DNA of 64,000 nt, from IMG/VR virus record IMGVR_UViG_3300045451_000008, positions 1-64,000 of that record. The stretch is one strand, 5' to 3'. Numbering within the stretch: position 1 is the stretch's first letter; every line of letters starts with the position of its first letter. The notes beneath the pieces were generated by a model. It worked only from the letters and a program-made list of their open reading frames with translations, did no database searches and was not told the DNA's origin. Position numbers and translations under genes: made by a program. The stretch is from a virus. Of the stretch, positions 30,302-40,803 are shown piece by piece.

Positions 30302-30876
30302 CCGTGAAGCGAGTGCGCTACCTCGACTGGGTGCCCATCATCTCTGAGGAGGACAAGCACGACTGGAAGCCCTACGCCAGCACCGAGCTGTCCGCCTACC
30401 AGTGGTGCCTTCACTGCCTGAAGGTCCGGCTGAAGCCCCGAGAGGAACCCACATGAACACCCAGAAGCCCGAGATCCCGAGCATCCAGGAGCAGATCGAC
30501 GTCCTGCGCTCCATGGCGGGCGACTTCCGCATCGTCAAGCTCGGCCTTCAGGAGCCCGGCATGGACTACTCGTGGGACCGAGGTCAGGTGGTGTGCTGGT
30601 ACGCCGCTGAGGCGCTGGAGCGCCAGCAGAAGGCCTCTCCTGAGCCCAAGCCGAGGGACGAATGGCAGGCCTTGGAGCATCAGGACTGGCTCGCCCGAGT
30701 AGATCGCGCGACGACCCCGTGGCATGCAGCCAAAAAGCTCACGCGCCGGGAGGCCTGGTTCGTCACCCGTGCCAAGGACGGTCGTCAGTGGTGGCACGAG
30801 AGCAACGGCAACCTCGTGCTGTACCGGACGGCTGAGGCAGCTCAGGTCAAGGCAGATGAGCTGAACGCTTCCGAGG

Positions 30877-30951
30877 TGTGATACGGTGCTACCACCGTGT
30901 CAGTGGCGGTAGCCCCCAGGCTGGTTCGACCTTGTCGCCTGGGGGCTTTGT
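30877..30951 (+). terminator. Stop-codon hairpin plus terminator cassette, copy 2
   Basis: TGTGATACGGTGCTACCACCGTGTCAG, then AGCCCCCAGGC/GCCTGGGGGCT stem and TTGT. Confidence 0.6.
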
Positions 30952-31040
30952 CGTGTCGGCGCTCGCTGTAGGAGTTGACATCTGACAACCACTCCCGCAT
31001 ACTGGGCCTACGAGCAAGACCGACAGGCAGGAGCTACACC

Positions 31041-31544
31041 ATGAAGCACACCCCGGGCCGCATGCAGGCCATCCTCAGCGAAGAGGAGCGCACCGAGGCC
31101 GCGCGCAAGGACAGCCACGTCCAGCCGGTCAAGGCCATCGAGCCCTACGAGGTCACCCGTCTTCAGGACTTCACCCGCTACGAGCTGGGCACCTTCGAGG
31201 CCACCGTCACGATGTTCGTTTCCGGCCTCTGGCGCGTCCGCCTGGAGAGCGAGACGGAGCGCCGCATCGAGATTGGTACCCCCGCCGTGCTGGACGCGCA
31301 GCGCGCCTACGGTACCCGTGAGAACGCCGAGGCGGCGGCCAAGCGCGCTCTCATCGAGCTGTACACCGCGGCTCTCGTCAAGTCGAATCCGCTCACCGAG
31401 GCCCTCGCGCAGCTCGACGCCGTCAAGAAGATTCTCGCCCTGGAGCTGATGGACCTCGGTGAGGGGTGGGTCCGCACCGAGCCGGGACGATTCCAGCTCG
31501 CGAATAGCATCGCCAAGGCCATCGGCTACGAGAAGAAGGCCTGA
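31041..31544 (+). CDS. W..R..AE paralogue family member
   Basis: WRVRL...YGTRENAEAAAKRAL...LDAVKKIL. Confidence 0.65.
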   Translation: MKHTPGRMQAILSEEERTEAARKDSHVQPVKAIEPYEVTRLQDFTRYELGTFEATVTMFVSGLWRVRLESETERRIEIGTPAVLDAQRAYGTRENAEAAAKRALIELYTAALVKSNPLTEALAQLDAVKKILALELMDLGEGWVRTEPGRFQLANSIAKAIGYEKKA

Positions 31545-31545
31545 C

Positions 31546-31926
31546 ATGCCTTCGCTGACCGACGCCTACCACTGGGCCTACGACTCCAAGTACGTCCGGG
31601 GCAACCACGAGACCACGGTGACTCACACCGCCACGGGATGGGCGTACTCCCTGGACGGCGTGGCGCAGAGCAACTTCCGCGACAGGGTCACTGCCGAGGA
31701 CCGCGCCTTCGAGGTTCTCCAGAAGACCTGCGCGCAGGACGGCTATGACCCCACGTACGGCCTCCCTCGCGATGTCCAGGGGCCTCGTCCCCTGTCCGTG
31801 GACGCTCTCGACGCCGTCAAGAAGGTCCTCCAGCGCGAGCTGAATACCACGGTCCAGAACGACGCCGACAAGCACCGCCGAGCCCTCGTGCGTGAGCTGG
31901 CCAAGATTCTTCTCCTGGAGGGCTGA
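31546..31926 (+). CDS. W..R..AE paralogue family member
   Basis: WAYSLDGVAQSNFRDRVTAEDRAFEVL...LDAVKKVL. Confidence 0.65.
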   Translation: MPSLTDAYHWAYDSKYVRGNHETTVTHTATGWAYSLDGVAQSNFRDRVTAEDRAFEVLQKTCAQDGYDPTYGLPRDVQGPRPLSVDALDAVKKVLQRELNTTVQNDADKHRRALVRELAKILLLEG

Positions 31927-32060
31927 CATGGGCTTCTTCGAGCAGGTCCGCCCCCGAGGGACGGTCATCGCAGGAGTCAACGGTCCGACCGGGGATTCCG
32001 ACATCGAGTACGACAGCGAGGAGCTGGAAGCAGCCGCTCGCGCAGCCAGGAAGGCCTGAC

Positions 32061-32264
32061 ATGGGCATCCGCAAGAACGTCTACCCCACTGCCACGATCT
32101 ACACCGTGGTGTCTCCGCACGAGGTCAACATCCGTCAGTCCCCGCAGTGGGGATGGTCCCTCCGAGTGGACGGGGAGCTGAGTGGCTTCTACAAGACCCG
32201 GGACGAGGCCGAGGACGTCGGCTTCAGCATCCTTCGAGACGCACTGATGGAGGAACTGGCATGA
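32061..32264 (+). CDS. W..R..AE paralogue family member (single domain)
   Basis: WSLRVDGELSGFYKTRDEAEDVGFSIL. Confidence 0.65.
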   Translation: MGIRKNVYPTATIYTVVSPHEVNIRQSPQWGWSLRVDGELSGFYKTRDEAEDVGFSILRDALMEELA

Positions 32265-32478
32265 GCGACGACCTCCTCTGGAAGGTCCCCGCAGCAGACG
32301 TGCGGGAGTACGACATCATGCTCGCGAACGAGGGTGACACCAAGGGCGCCTGGCGGGTCACCAAGACTGCGCGCCACGGCAAGACCAGCTACATCAACGC
32401 GGAGAGCGCAACGGGCGTGCGGCGCCTGTTCTTCATCGACGTCGAGGACGTCATCACCATCGTGAGAAGGGACATCTG

Positions 32479-33117
32479 ATGCGCACCAAGGGCAAGAACG
32501 TGACCACCGACGCACTGGTGGTCGGGGACATCATCATCCTGGGCGTCAAGGAAAAGCGCTGGGAAGTGAGGTCCGTCACTCCCGCCCGTTTCATGCAGGA
32601 GGCACTCCGTGTCCATGTCAGGGAAATCGGGACGGGGTACGGAGAGATCTTCTTCTTCGACCGCAAGGCACTGATGACGCTCGCGCCCTCCGTGACCACC
32701 AAGGAGATGGCGGAGGCACAGCCCTTCGCAGAGTCGGCCATCAAGGAGACGGACCGCTTCTCTGGTCGGACCGAGTACAACCTGGGAATGCACAACGCTT
32801 CGGTGCAGCTCGACTCGGATGGGCGCTGGGTGAGCTTCCTGGACGGGGAGCCACTGGCCGACCACCTGGACCGGGCGCCCGCAGAAGACCTCGCCAAGGA
32901 AGCCCTGCGCTACCACCGGACCATCTACCTGGAGAAGCCCAAGGCGCCGAAGATCCCGGCTTCGGTCCAGCTCGACAAGCTGAACAAGATTCTGGGCGAA
33001 ACCTTCGCGCTCCTGGAGGCTGCCGAGGGAGACCTCACTCAGCGGGAGCAGGGTGCACGCACGCTTGCCCGGCGCATCGTCCGGGAGCTGGGCATCACTG
33101 CGCTGGAGGGCAAGTAG
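32479..33117 (+). CDS. W..R..AE paralogue family member with an extra N-terminal beta domain
   Basis: WVSFLDGEPLADHLDRAPAEDLAKEAL...LDKLNKIL. Confidence 0.65.
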   Translation: MRTKGKNVTTDALVVGDIIILGVKEKRWEVRSVTPARFMQEALRVHVREIGTGYGEIFFFDRKALMTLAPSVTTKEMAEAQPFAESAIKETDRFSGRTEYNLGMHNASVQLDSDGRWVSFLDGEPLADHLDRAPAEDLAKEALRYHRTIYLEKPKAPKIPASVQLDKLNKILGETFALLEAAEGDLTQREQGARTLARRIVRELGITALEGK

Positions 33118-33267
33118 CCGTGGAGTGGTTCTTCATCGGCCCCATCATCCTCATTGCCGTCGTGTGCCTGGGCGCTTTCTTCCTGGACAACGATCTCTAA
33201 TCAGGAGTTGACATCTGACAACCACCTAGGGCACACTGAAGCCAACGACAGCGAGGAGCTACCCACC

Positions 33268-33495
33268 ATGAGCCAGACCCGCACCACCCTCCGCCTCCCG
33301 AACATGACCTACATCAGCAGCGCGAGCGCCGACCACTTCGCCGTGGTCATGCAGAACGGCAGCGACTGGGACGTCTACCAGGACGGCAAGATCGTCAACC
33401 CGAGCGTCATCTTCCGCATCCGCTCGGACGCTGAGGACTGCGCCAACATGGCCCTGGACATGTTCGAGGTCGTCTGGGACGAGGTGAAGAGCTGA
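33268..33495 (+). CDS. W..R..AE paralogue family member
   Basis: GAGGAG RBS; WDVYQDGK...FRIRSDAEDCANMAL. Confidence 0.65.
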   Translation: MSQTRTTLRLPNMTYISSASADHFAVVMQNGSDWDVYQDGKIVNPSVIFRIRSDAEDCANMALDMFEVVWDEVKS

Positions 33496-33902
33496 TGTAC
33501 CCGGCTACCGCCACCACTCAGGTGAACCCTCAGAAGTCCACGGTCCAGTCCGAGCACTACCTCGCAGAGATCACGGAAGAGTTCCGAGGCTGGGCCATCC
33601 ACGTCAACAAGCAGTACCTGGGCACCTTCTGGAGCCGCACCCGTGCCGAGGAGTCCGCGCGTCGTCTTCTCCAGAAGTGGGAGGCGTCGCGTCTGCCGGA
33701 GAAGATTCCGGTCACCCTCCACAAGGGACTCACGTGCAGCATCCTGACCGCCAAGACCGGGACCCTCGTCGTCAAGGAGCCGCGGTTCAACATCGACACG
33801 ATCTGGAACGTCCACGACGGCGCCGAGCTGGTGTCGTGGGCATGGACCCGCCAGGAGGCCGAGGACAAGGCCCGCGTCCTGCTTCAGGAGAGGAAGAGCT
33901 AG
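33495..33902 (+). CDS. W..R..AE paralogue family member with two tandem domains (AP2-like)
   Basis: WAIHVNKQYLGTFWSRTRAEESA and WNVHDGAELVSWAWTRQEAEDKA. Confidence 0.65.
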   Translation: MYPATATTQVNPQKSTVQSEHYLAEITEEFRGWAIHVNKQYLGTFWSRTRAEESARRLLQKWEASRLPEKIPVTLHKGLTCSILTAKTGTLVVKEPRFNIDTIWNVHDGAELVSWAWTRQEAEDKARVLLQERKS

Positions 33903-34249
33903 TGTCCGCCGCAGCCGACAGCCACCGCAACCTGGCCAAGATCTACAAGGGCAAGGCCGATCAGTTCCGCAAGCAGGCCGCTGAGCAGGACGAGATCGTG
34001 AAGCACCACCTCGCCATGGCCGACAAGATCGACGGGGTCGAGAACCTCGGTCACCTCACCTCCATCAGCACCAACCCCAACGGGACGATCTACTACACCA
34101 AGAACCACGAGGCAGCCGTGCGGCGCTCGCAGGGAAGCTCCGGTGACTCGTGGGAGGTCTACCTGGACCACCACTACACCGAGACGCACACGGACCGCTT
34201 GCTGGCCGAGGTCGTCGCCCTGGGCTTCATCGAGAAGGCGGAAGCCTAA
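33902..34249 (+). CDS. W..R..AE paralogue family member
   Basis: WEVYLDHHYTETHTDRLLAEVVA. Confidence 0.6.
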   Translation: MSAAADSHRNLAKIYKGKADQFRKQAAEQDEIVKHHLAMADKIDGVENLGHLTSISTNPNGTIYYTKNHEAAVRRSQGSSGDSWEVYLDHHYTETHTDRLLAEVVALGFIEKAEA

Positions 34250-34317
34250 ACAAGAATTCCGGACCTACCTGGCACCGGATCAAGCGCCACCAGGCGCCGT
34301 ACCGAAAGGACGCCCTC

Positions 34318-34569
34318 ATGGGTAAGAACAAGAGCGAGACCAAGAACGTCAACCTGAAGAAGCTCGCGCGCGTCAACGCGAACGAGGACCGCAAGCAGGC
34401 CAACGTCGTCGCGCTCCGGGAGCTGGGCCTCACCGCCTACTCGGAGCGCCCGTCCAAGGCCCTGCGCCGCTCCAAGCGCGCGAACCTCACCCAGAACACG
34501 AGCGTGCGCTGGGACACCCCGAAGAAGCTCACGGCGCGGGAGCGCGCTCAGCTCCAGAGCAAGAAGTGA
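34318..34569 (+). CDS. Small, very basic protein
   Basis: GAAAGGA RBS; Lys/Arg-rich. Confidence 0.6.
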   Translation: MGKNKSETKNVNLKKLARVNANEDRKQANVVALRELGLTAYSERPSKALRRSKRANLTQNTSVRWDTPKKLTARERAQLQSKK

Positions 34570-34677
34570 GCGACGCGGCGGTAGACACCCTCGTGCAGGG
34601 GGCCGTCCTCATCACGTTCCTCGTGCTCTTCTACCTCGCCTTCTTCCGAAACTGAGGTTCGTGCTACGTTCTCCTCA

Positions 34678-34722
34678 AAGCCCCGTCAGGATTCTCCAGG
34701 TCCTGACGGGGCTTCTTCGTTC
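34678..34722 (+). terminator. Intrinsic terminator
   Basis: AAGCCCCGTCAGGA/TCCTGACGGGGCTT stem followed by CTTCGTT. Confidence 0.75.
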
Positions 34723-36897
34723 CCTGAACTCAGGAGTTGACATATGACAACTCCCCATGAGAGGCTGTACTCAGCAGGGAGAGAGAAGCTCTCCCACTCG
34801 AAAGGACACAGCTCATGCTCGCTCTCGCCATCTACTCGGCCCCCGGTATCGCCATCCTCGCCTGGTCGGTCGCGGACAAGATCCGCTTCAACCTCCGCAA
34901 GAGCGCCTGAGCATGGACATCAAGAGCATCCGCGACGACCTCGTCACCACCAACGAGCTGGGCGATGGGTCGCGGGAGTACTACATCGACAGCCAGGACC
35001 GGCTCTGCGTGGACCTCTACGAGGATCCCAACGACGGTCAGAAGCTCACCGGGTCCTTCGTCATCAACATCACCTTCGAGAAGAACTGACATGGTCCTGC
35101 GCAACATCGTCACCCACCACCTCTGGAGTGGAGGCAGCTATCTCGACCAGGACGGCAAGCAGACCCTCGTCTCGCCCTGGTGCTTCGAGTCTGTTCACAA
35201 GCTCTGCTCCGGGCGCATCATCCTCGGAGCCGGAGCCTTCCAGAAGTCCACGCGCCCCAAGTGCGACTGCCAGTGCCACAACAAGAATCCGGAGAAGTGA
35301 CCATGAACCGCCTCGCCACCGCCGAAGAGATGCGGAAGGAAGTCCGAGCCGCTGAGGAGATCGTCACCCGCGCCGAAGCGACGTTGGAGCGCACGCGGAA
35401 GTACCTCACGCGCCAGAAGGAGGCTCTCCGCCTCGCAGAGAACCGCGAGCGCCTGGAGCGGGGCAACGTCTGCGGTGCCACTTGGAGGGGCCACACTTGC
35501 ATCCGGGAGTTCGAGCACGGGATTCGACACGACGGCTGGGCTCACCACGACACCCAGACCATGTGGGCCGCTGACGCGAGCTGATGGACTTCACCGAGAC
35601 CGCTCGGTCAATGGTCGAGCAAGGGCAGATCTCCGCGCGGGCCTACAGCGAGGTGCTGACTGCCTACGAGAAGAAAGAGCTACAGCAGCAACACATCCCG
35701 CGGGGTCAGTGGTACACCGTCGTAGACGGCAATCTGAGCTACCAGATCTTCGAGGAGTGGCCGAGACCTCAGGACGAGCCCTACGTCGCTCCCTGGGGCA
35801 CCTGGGACCCTGCCAGACCCGCTCTGAGCGTGGTGGTCTCGGAAGCTCGCAAGGGCACCCGCGGCGGAGAGATGAAACTGCTCTACCGGCACTACGCCCG
35901 GATGCACAGTGTGCAGGACGCTGTCCCTCGCAAGCCCTCGCTCCTGAAGCGGCTGGCAAACAAGATTCGACAGGAAGTAGAAGAATGACCCGCAACGCAG
36001 CAGACCTCGCCGCCACCGTCGCTGAGCTGGAGGAGGTCGCGCGCCTTCTCGGTGAGCTGGGCGTCACCGACCAGGGTCCTCGCTCTCTCGGAGGGCTCAT
36101 CGGTCGTGCCACCAAGGCGCTGAAGGACACCATCCCGCAGGAGTGGGTGATCGGCTGGGTTGGTCGCTACCCCAACGGGGACAAGTACGAGGGTCTCATC
36201 CAGGACGACCTGGAGCAGGCCGAGGACAACGTCCGCATGTGGAACGAGATGGACCGCTACGACGATGACGTAGACCCTGAGGACCGGGTCACCTACGCCG
36301 TCGAGCGGCGCCGTCCTGAGATCCCGGCTGGACCTTGGGAGCCCTACCCTGTCTGCGGGACCGATGTCCCTGGCACCGTTCCGTCCTGGGCCGGTGAAGA
36401 CCAGATCGACCCCTGCCGGTGCATTCGACCGCAGGGTCACGCCGGACAGCATCAGTGCAGCCACTACAAGGAGAAGAAGTGACCGAGAACAAGAATCTCA
36501 TCGAACCCGGCATGCGGGTCACCTGGAACGAGACCGGGGAGAAGCTCTTCGGCAAGACGGACAACTCCGCCCTCGTGACGGGCATCGACGCCGTCAGCCC
36601 GGGCCACACCGGTCCGGCAGCTCACCTCCTCTGGGAGAGCGGCCAGGAGACCTGGGCCTCGCTGTCCTGCCTCAAGCAGGTCGAGGAGTGACCCGCAAGC
36701 GTCGCGGAGAGATGACGGCGGAAGAGCGCGTCTGGGACAACGAGCGCAACAAGCGCCGCAAGGCCCGCAAGCTCTACCGCGGGTGCCCCTGCCTGTGCCA
36801 CGAGTTCGTCGGCGGCTCCGTCCATCGAGGACAGACCTGCGTCTGCAACGGAGGAGAGGGAGTTGTCAGATGACAACTCCTGTGGCAGACTGAACCC

Positions 36898-37257
36898 ATG
36901 AGCATCCCCAACAGCATCAAGGTCACCAGCGAGAACGCGAACTACGTGGACCTCACCCACACCGACGCCATCGAGCCCGTCACCGCGGGCATCTACCGCA
37001 GCCGACTGTCCAACCTGTGGGCCGTCTTCCTGGACGGCGACCGGCTGACCGAGTACACCATGCCCAAGGAAGAGGCCTTGCAGTTCGCGTCCGACGAGCT
37101 GGTGCGGCGCCGCACCCTGGACTACAACGACATCTACCGCCTGGCAGTGGAGACCTTCCCCGCTGGTGAGTACACCAGCACCGGGACCCTCCTCGTCCTG
37201 CGCGAGGCGTTCACCAAGGGCTACATCGCCGCCAAGCAGGGAAAGCGAGCTGAGTGA
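36898..37257 (+). CDS. Hypothetical protein, divergent W..LDG family member
   Basis: Leaderless start; WAVFLDGDRLTEYTMPKEEALQFA. Confidence 0.6.
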   Translation: MSIPNSIKVTSENANYVDLTHTDAIEPVTAGIYRSRLSNLWAVFLDGDRLTEYTMPKEEALQFASDELVRRRTLDYNDIYRLAVETFPAGEYTSTGTLLVLREAFTKGYIAAKQGKRAE

Positions 37258-37626
37258 CATGGCACGAGGACTGACCCGCAGGGAGCGCGAGGAAGAAGAA
37301 CGTCGCCTGGCCGAGATCGAGCGCCAGAAGGACCCCGACATCATCGACACTCCGAAGGAGATGGCCGAGTTCGAGGACTTCTCCAAGCGCTGGACGGCCA
37401 TCCTCAAAGAGGGGTGGGACCGGCAGTGGCTCGTCTCCTACGGCTATGACCCGCCTCCGAATCTGTACTCCCCGCACGCTCGTGAGAGTGACCGAGTGCG
37501 CCACCTCGAACACCAGAAGTGGGCGCAGGAGCAGGAAGCCAAGCGCCAGAAGGAGCAGCGTGCTCGTGACCTGTCCGAGAAGGCAGCGGAGCGTGCTCGT
37601 CAAGAGACCTACAGAAGGGCGATGCA

Positions 37627-37947
37627 GTGATCGGCCTGGAGGGGTGCCCCTTCTGCAAGCGCATCGAGGCGAAGGAGTACGACCGGCGCTGGGGCGACGC
37701 GGTCACGTTCGAGCCTCTGAACCCTGTGACGCCTGGGCATCGCCTGTTCCTCCCGGTGACACACATCGACCCGAGGAACGCCGCGCCCTTCCTCGAAGAC
37801 GTGTTCAAGCTCGCCTACCAGTGGGCGTGGGGGGACTTCAATTTCATCCTCAACGCGGGCGCCGACGCGTCACAGTCCATCGAGCACACTCATCTTCACC
37901 TCGTGCCCCGGCGCAAGGACGACGGCCTCATGCTTCCGTGGAGTTGA
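37627..37947 (+). CDS. HIT (histidine triad) family nucleotide hydrolase
   Basis: CPFC; FEPLNPVTPGH; NAGADASQSIEHTHLHLVPR. Confidence 0.9.
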   Translation: MIGLEGCPFCKRIEAKEYDRRWGDAVTFEPLNPVTPGHRLFLPVTHIDPRNAAPFLEDVFKLAYQWAWGDFNFILNAGADASQSIEHTHLHLVPRRKDDGLMLPWS

Positions 37948-38004
37948 CATCTGACAACTCCCATGGTTAGCTCTACTCAGGTCAACAAGCACAAGGAGCA
38001 CACC

Positions 38005-38688
38005 ATGAACAGGGACTACGAGACGCACCCGTCCTTCGGCGCCATCACCATCGGACGCGCGCAGGCTTCGCCCGGCGTCCCGCTCTTCCAGAGCGACCTG
38101 AAGCACCACGACATCATCCGCCTGACCGTGCACACGGCGGTGCGCAAGCGGGACCTGAACCACGACTACGTCCACCCGGAGAAGCCCATCATCGAGGTGG
38201 AGATGTCGCTGGCGCAGTGGGCCGCGGTCATCAGCTCGCAGGGCATCGGCTCGGGCACGCCGGTCACGCTCTCGTACATCCAGGGCCAGGGCCGCATCGA
38301 GGAGCCCCCGTTCGAGCCGCGCATCGAGGAGTCCATCAAGGAGGTCGAGAACAGCACGGCCAAGCTCGTGGAGGGCATCGCTCGTGCACTCGCCGTCCTG
38401 GAGGACGCCATCGAGACCAAGCGTGGCGTCAAGGCCACCCGCGACGCTCTGCGCACTCTGAAGCTGAAGGTGGACCAGGCCAAGGGCAACCAGAGCTTCG
38501 CCGTCCGGTCGATGGCCAACGCCGCTGAGAAGCTGGTCGGCAACGCCAAGGCCGACATCGAGATGGCCGTGCTGAACGCTCAGCGCCTCACGGGTGGGCA
38601 GGCTTCCATCGAGGCGCCCGAGGTCCGCCAGCAGGAGCTGACGGCCGCTGAGGTCATCGAGAACGACGGTCACGGGTGGGACGACTGA
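38005..38688 (+). CDS. Hypothetical phage protein with coiled coil
   Basis: AAGGAG RBS; HPSFG...LFQSD...IEVEMSLAQWA. Confidence 0.7.
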   Translation: MNRDYETHPSFGAITIGRAQASPGVPLFQSDLKHHDIIRLTVHTAVRKRDLNHDYVHPEKPIIEVEMSLAQWAAVISSQGIGSGTPVTLSYIQGQGRIEEPPFEPRIEESIKEVENSTAKLVEGIARALAVLEDAIETKRGVKATRDALRTLKLKVDQAKGNQSFAVRSMANAAEKLVGNAKADIEMAVLNAQRLTGGQASIEAPEVRQQELTAAEVIENDGHGWDD

Positions 38689-39710
38689 TGCCCACCAAGC
38701 TCGTCCAGTCCCAGGCTGAGGTCATCGCGCTTCAGCCTGGGACCCTCCTCCGCGACAGCGAGGGCAACGCCTACCGAGCCGTGCCGTGGCGCCCCGAGTA
38801 CCTCCGCAAGGAGCTGGGCTTCCTCATCGTCATGGAGACCGAAGGCGACCGGAGCGCTGTCGCCGCCAACCAGATCCCCTTCCCCCTCTTCATCCTCTGG
38901 GAGCCCGACGCATCATGAGCAACTTCAGCCGAGCCGAAGAACTCGAACCGAGCATGGACAACGAGGAGTGGCAGTACGGCGTAGCCGAGGACAAGATCGC
39001 CGTTGAGCGTGGCACCGCGGTCTGGTTCGAGTCCGGCTGGGACGCCCTCAACTGGATGAAGGAGTTCGGAGGGCCTGAGTCGGAAGTCCGGCGCCGCCTT
39101 CGTCCTCGTGGTGTCGGCCCTTCGCAGCCGATGGAGCGTCGCATCCCCGAGGGCTGGGTCTACAAGCGCATCCAGGTCACGGTGGAGATCGAGGTGCCTC
39201 GTCCGCCCGACGACACCGGGGAGAACCTGGAGTTCTACTACAACGAGGGCACGTGGTGCGCAGAGAACCTCCCCGACCTCATCGAGGAGCATCAGTACCG
39301 CGTGGGTCACCGCGACTCGTGCATGACCCGTCGTCCGGTCATCAAGGCGCTGGACTAACAAGAATCCAGGAAGCCATCTAGCTCAGTGTCGCAGGACGTA
39401 CAATGCCGTACATGTCCTCCACTGACGATCTTCCTCCGTGCCCTGCACCGTGGATCCCCCCTCAGGGGTACGAGCCCACGGCTCCCGAGCGCATCGCTGT
39501 GGTTCTCGGCCATGCGGTCGAGTCCTTCAACAAGAATCACAAGATGCCCGTCTCGGACATCCTCGACGCGCTCGACGGTGAGACCGCCCGCGTCTGGACC
39601 ACCAAGACCCACGCCCTCGTGCTCACGCGCGGAAGCCAGAAGTTCGAGTTCACCGATCCCGACCTGAACGTCACCCTCGAAGCAGGGGACGTTTTCGAGG
39701 CGGTGGCCCT

Positions 39711-40754
39711 GTGAAGACTCTCGAACAGCTCACGACGCGCACCTTCCGCTCGTACCAGAGCAGCTCGCGCAACGGCGTCAAGGTCAAGCGCGCGCAGCTC
39801 CACCACGGAGCCACCACCAGCGCCATCAACATGCGCGACATGATGGTCTCCGGCTCCCGCCAGGTGTCGGCCAACCGCATCTGCACGGTGGACGGTGAGT
39901 TCTGGGACATCGTAGATGCCTCTCTGCGCGCCTGGACTTCCGCCGACGCCGCCTACGACCGCGAGTCCTTCACCGTCGAGACGCAGAACCTCTCTACCAA
40001 CGGGTGGACCATCTCCCGCGCCTCGCACGAGGCTCTCGCGCAGCTCTGTGCCGCGCTGTCCGTCAAGTACGGCTGGGGGCGCCTGAACCGCTCCGGGCCG
40101 TTCTCCACCTGGAACGTGGTCGGTCACCGCGAGATCTTCCAGTTCCTCGGTCGGTCCTACGCGACGGCGTGCCCCGGAGGCATGGACCTCGAATGGATCG
40201 TCAAGCGCGGCAACGAGATCCTCGATGGCCGCGACAGCATCGACACCCCTCCCGTCGTCATCATCAAGAAGGAAGACATCGACATCATGGACGCTGAGAC
40301 CCGCTCGTACTTCGACAACCGGTTCGGTCGCATCGAAGGCCGCATCGACACCCTGGAGGAGAAGGCGAACGACGGCCTCCAGGACCACGACAACATCGGG
40401 AACCACGTCACCCGCATCTCGAACGAGGCCGAGGCTCGCATCATCGACGTGACCACGCGCGAGGGCAAGGGTGCGCGCGCGTACCAGTGCATCATCACGC
40501 GCCGCACCGTGGTCATCAGCGAGAAGGGTCAGTGGTGGCGCGACTTCACCAACGCCGCCAACCCGGTGGCCGAGGTGGATCAGCTCGCAGCTCAGGGCTG
40601 GTGCCAGAAGGACATTCAGATGCGCACCAAGGAGGACTTCGAGTACCTCGCTCGCAACGCCAACCGGACCTTCCTTCAGGCCAACCCCCTGCCCTACACC
40701 CTGACGGGCGAGAAGCCCCCGGCGCCGCCGACCGCGGGCGGCGTGCTGTCCTAG
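39711..40754 (+). CDS. N-acetylmuramoyl-L-alanine amidase (Amidase_2), probable endolysin
   Basis: LHHGA, SAN, TVETQN, VVGHRE and ATACPG Zn-amidase motifs. Confidence 0.8.
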   Translation: MKTLEQLTTRTFRSYQSSSRNGVKVKRAQLHHGATTSAINMRDMMVSGSRQVSANRICTVDGEFWDIVDASLRAWTSADAAYDRESFTVETQNLSTNGWTISRASHEALAQLCAALSVKYGWGRLNRSGPFSTWNVVGHREIFQFLGRSYATACPGGMDLEWIVKRGNEILDGRDSIDTPPVVIIKKEDIDIMDAETRSYFDNRFGRIEGRIDTLEEKANDGLQDHDNIGNHVTRISNEAEARIIDVTTREGKGARAYQCIITRRTVVISEKGQWWRDFTNAANPVAEVDQLAAQGWCQKDIQMRTKEDFEYLARNANRTFLQANPLPYTLTGEKPPAPPTAGGVLS

Positions 40755-40765
40755 AAATTCTTCTT

Positions 40766-40803
40766 TGAAGGCCCCCTCTGGATTCGTCTGGAGGGGGCCT
40801 TCA
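40766..40803 (+). terminator. Terminator-like hairpin after the amidase
   Basis: TGAAGGCCCCCTC/GAGGGGGCCTTCA stem. Confidence 0.7.

Noticed and set aside
25296-30980. TGTCGG-containing 11-mers as PafBC (TGTCGG-N10-TA-N3-T) promoters
   Set aside because: The required TA-N3-T at N10 spacing is not present in these copies.
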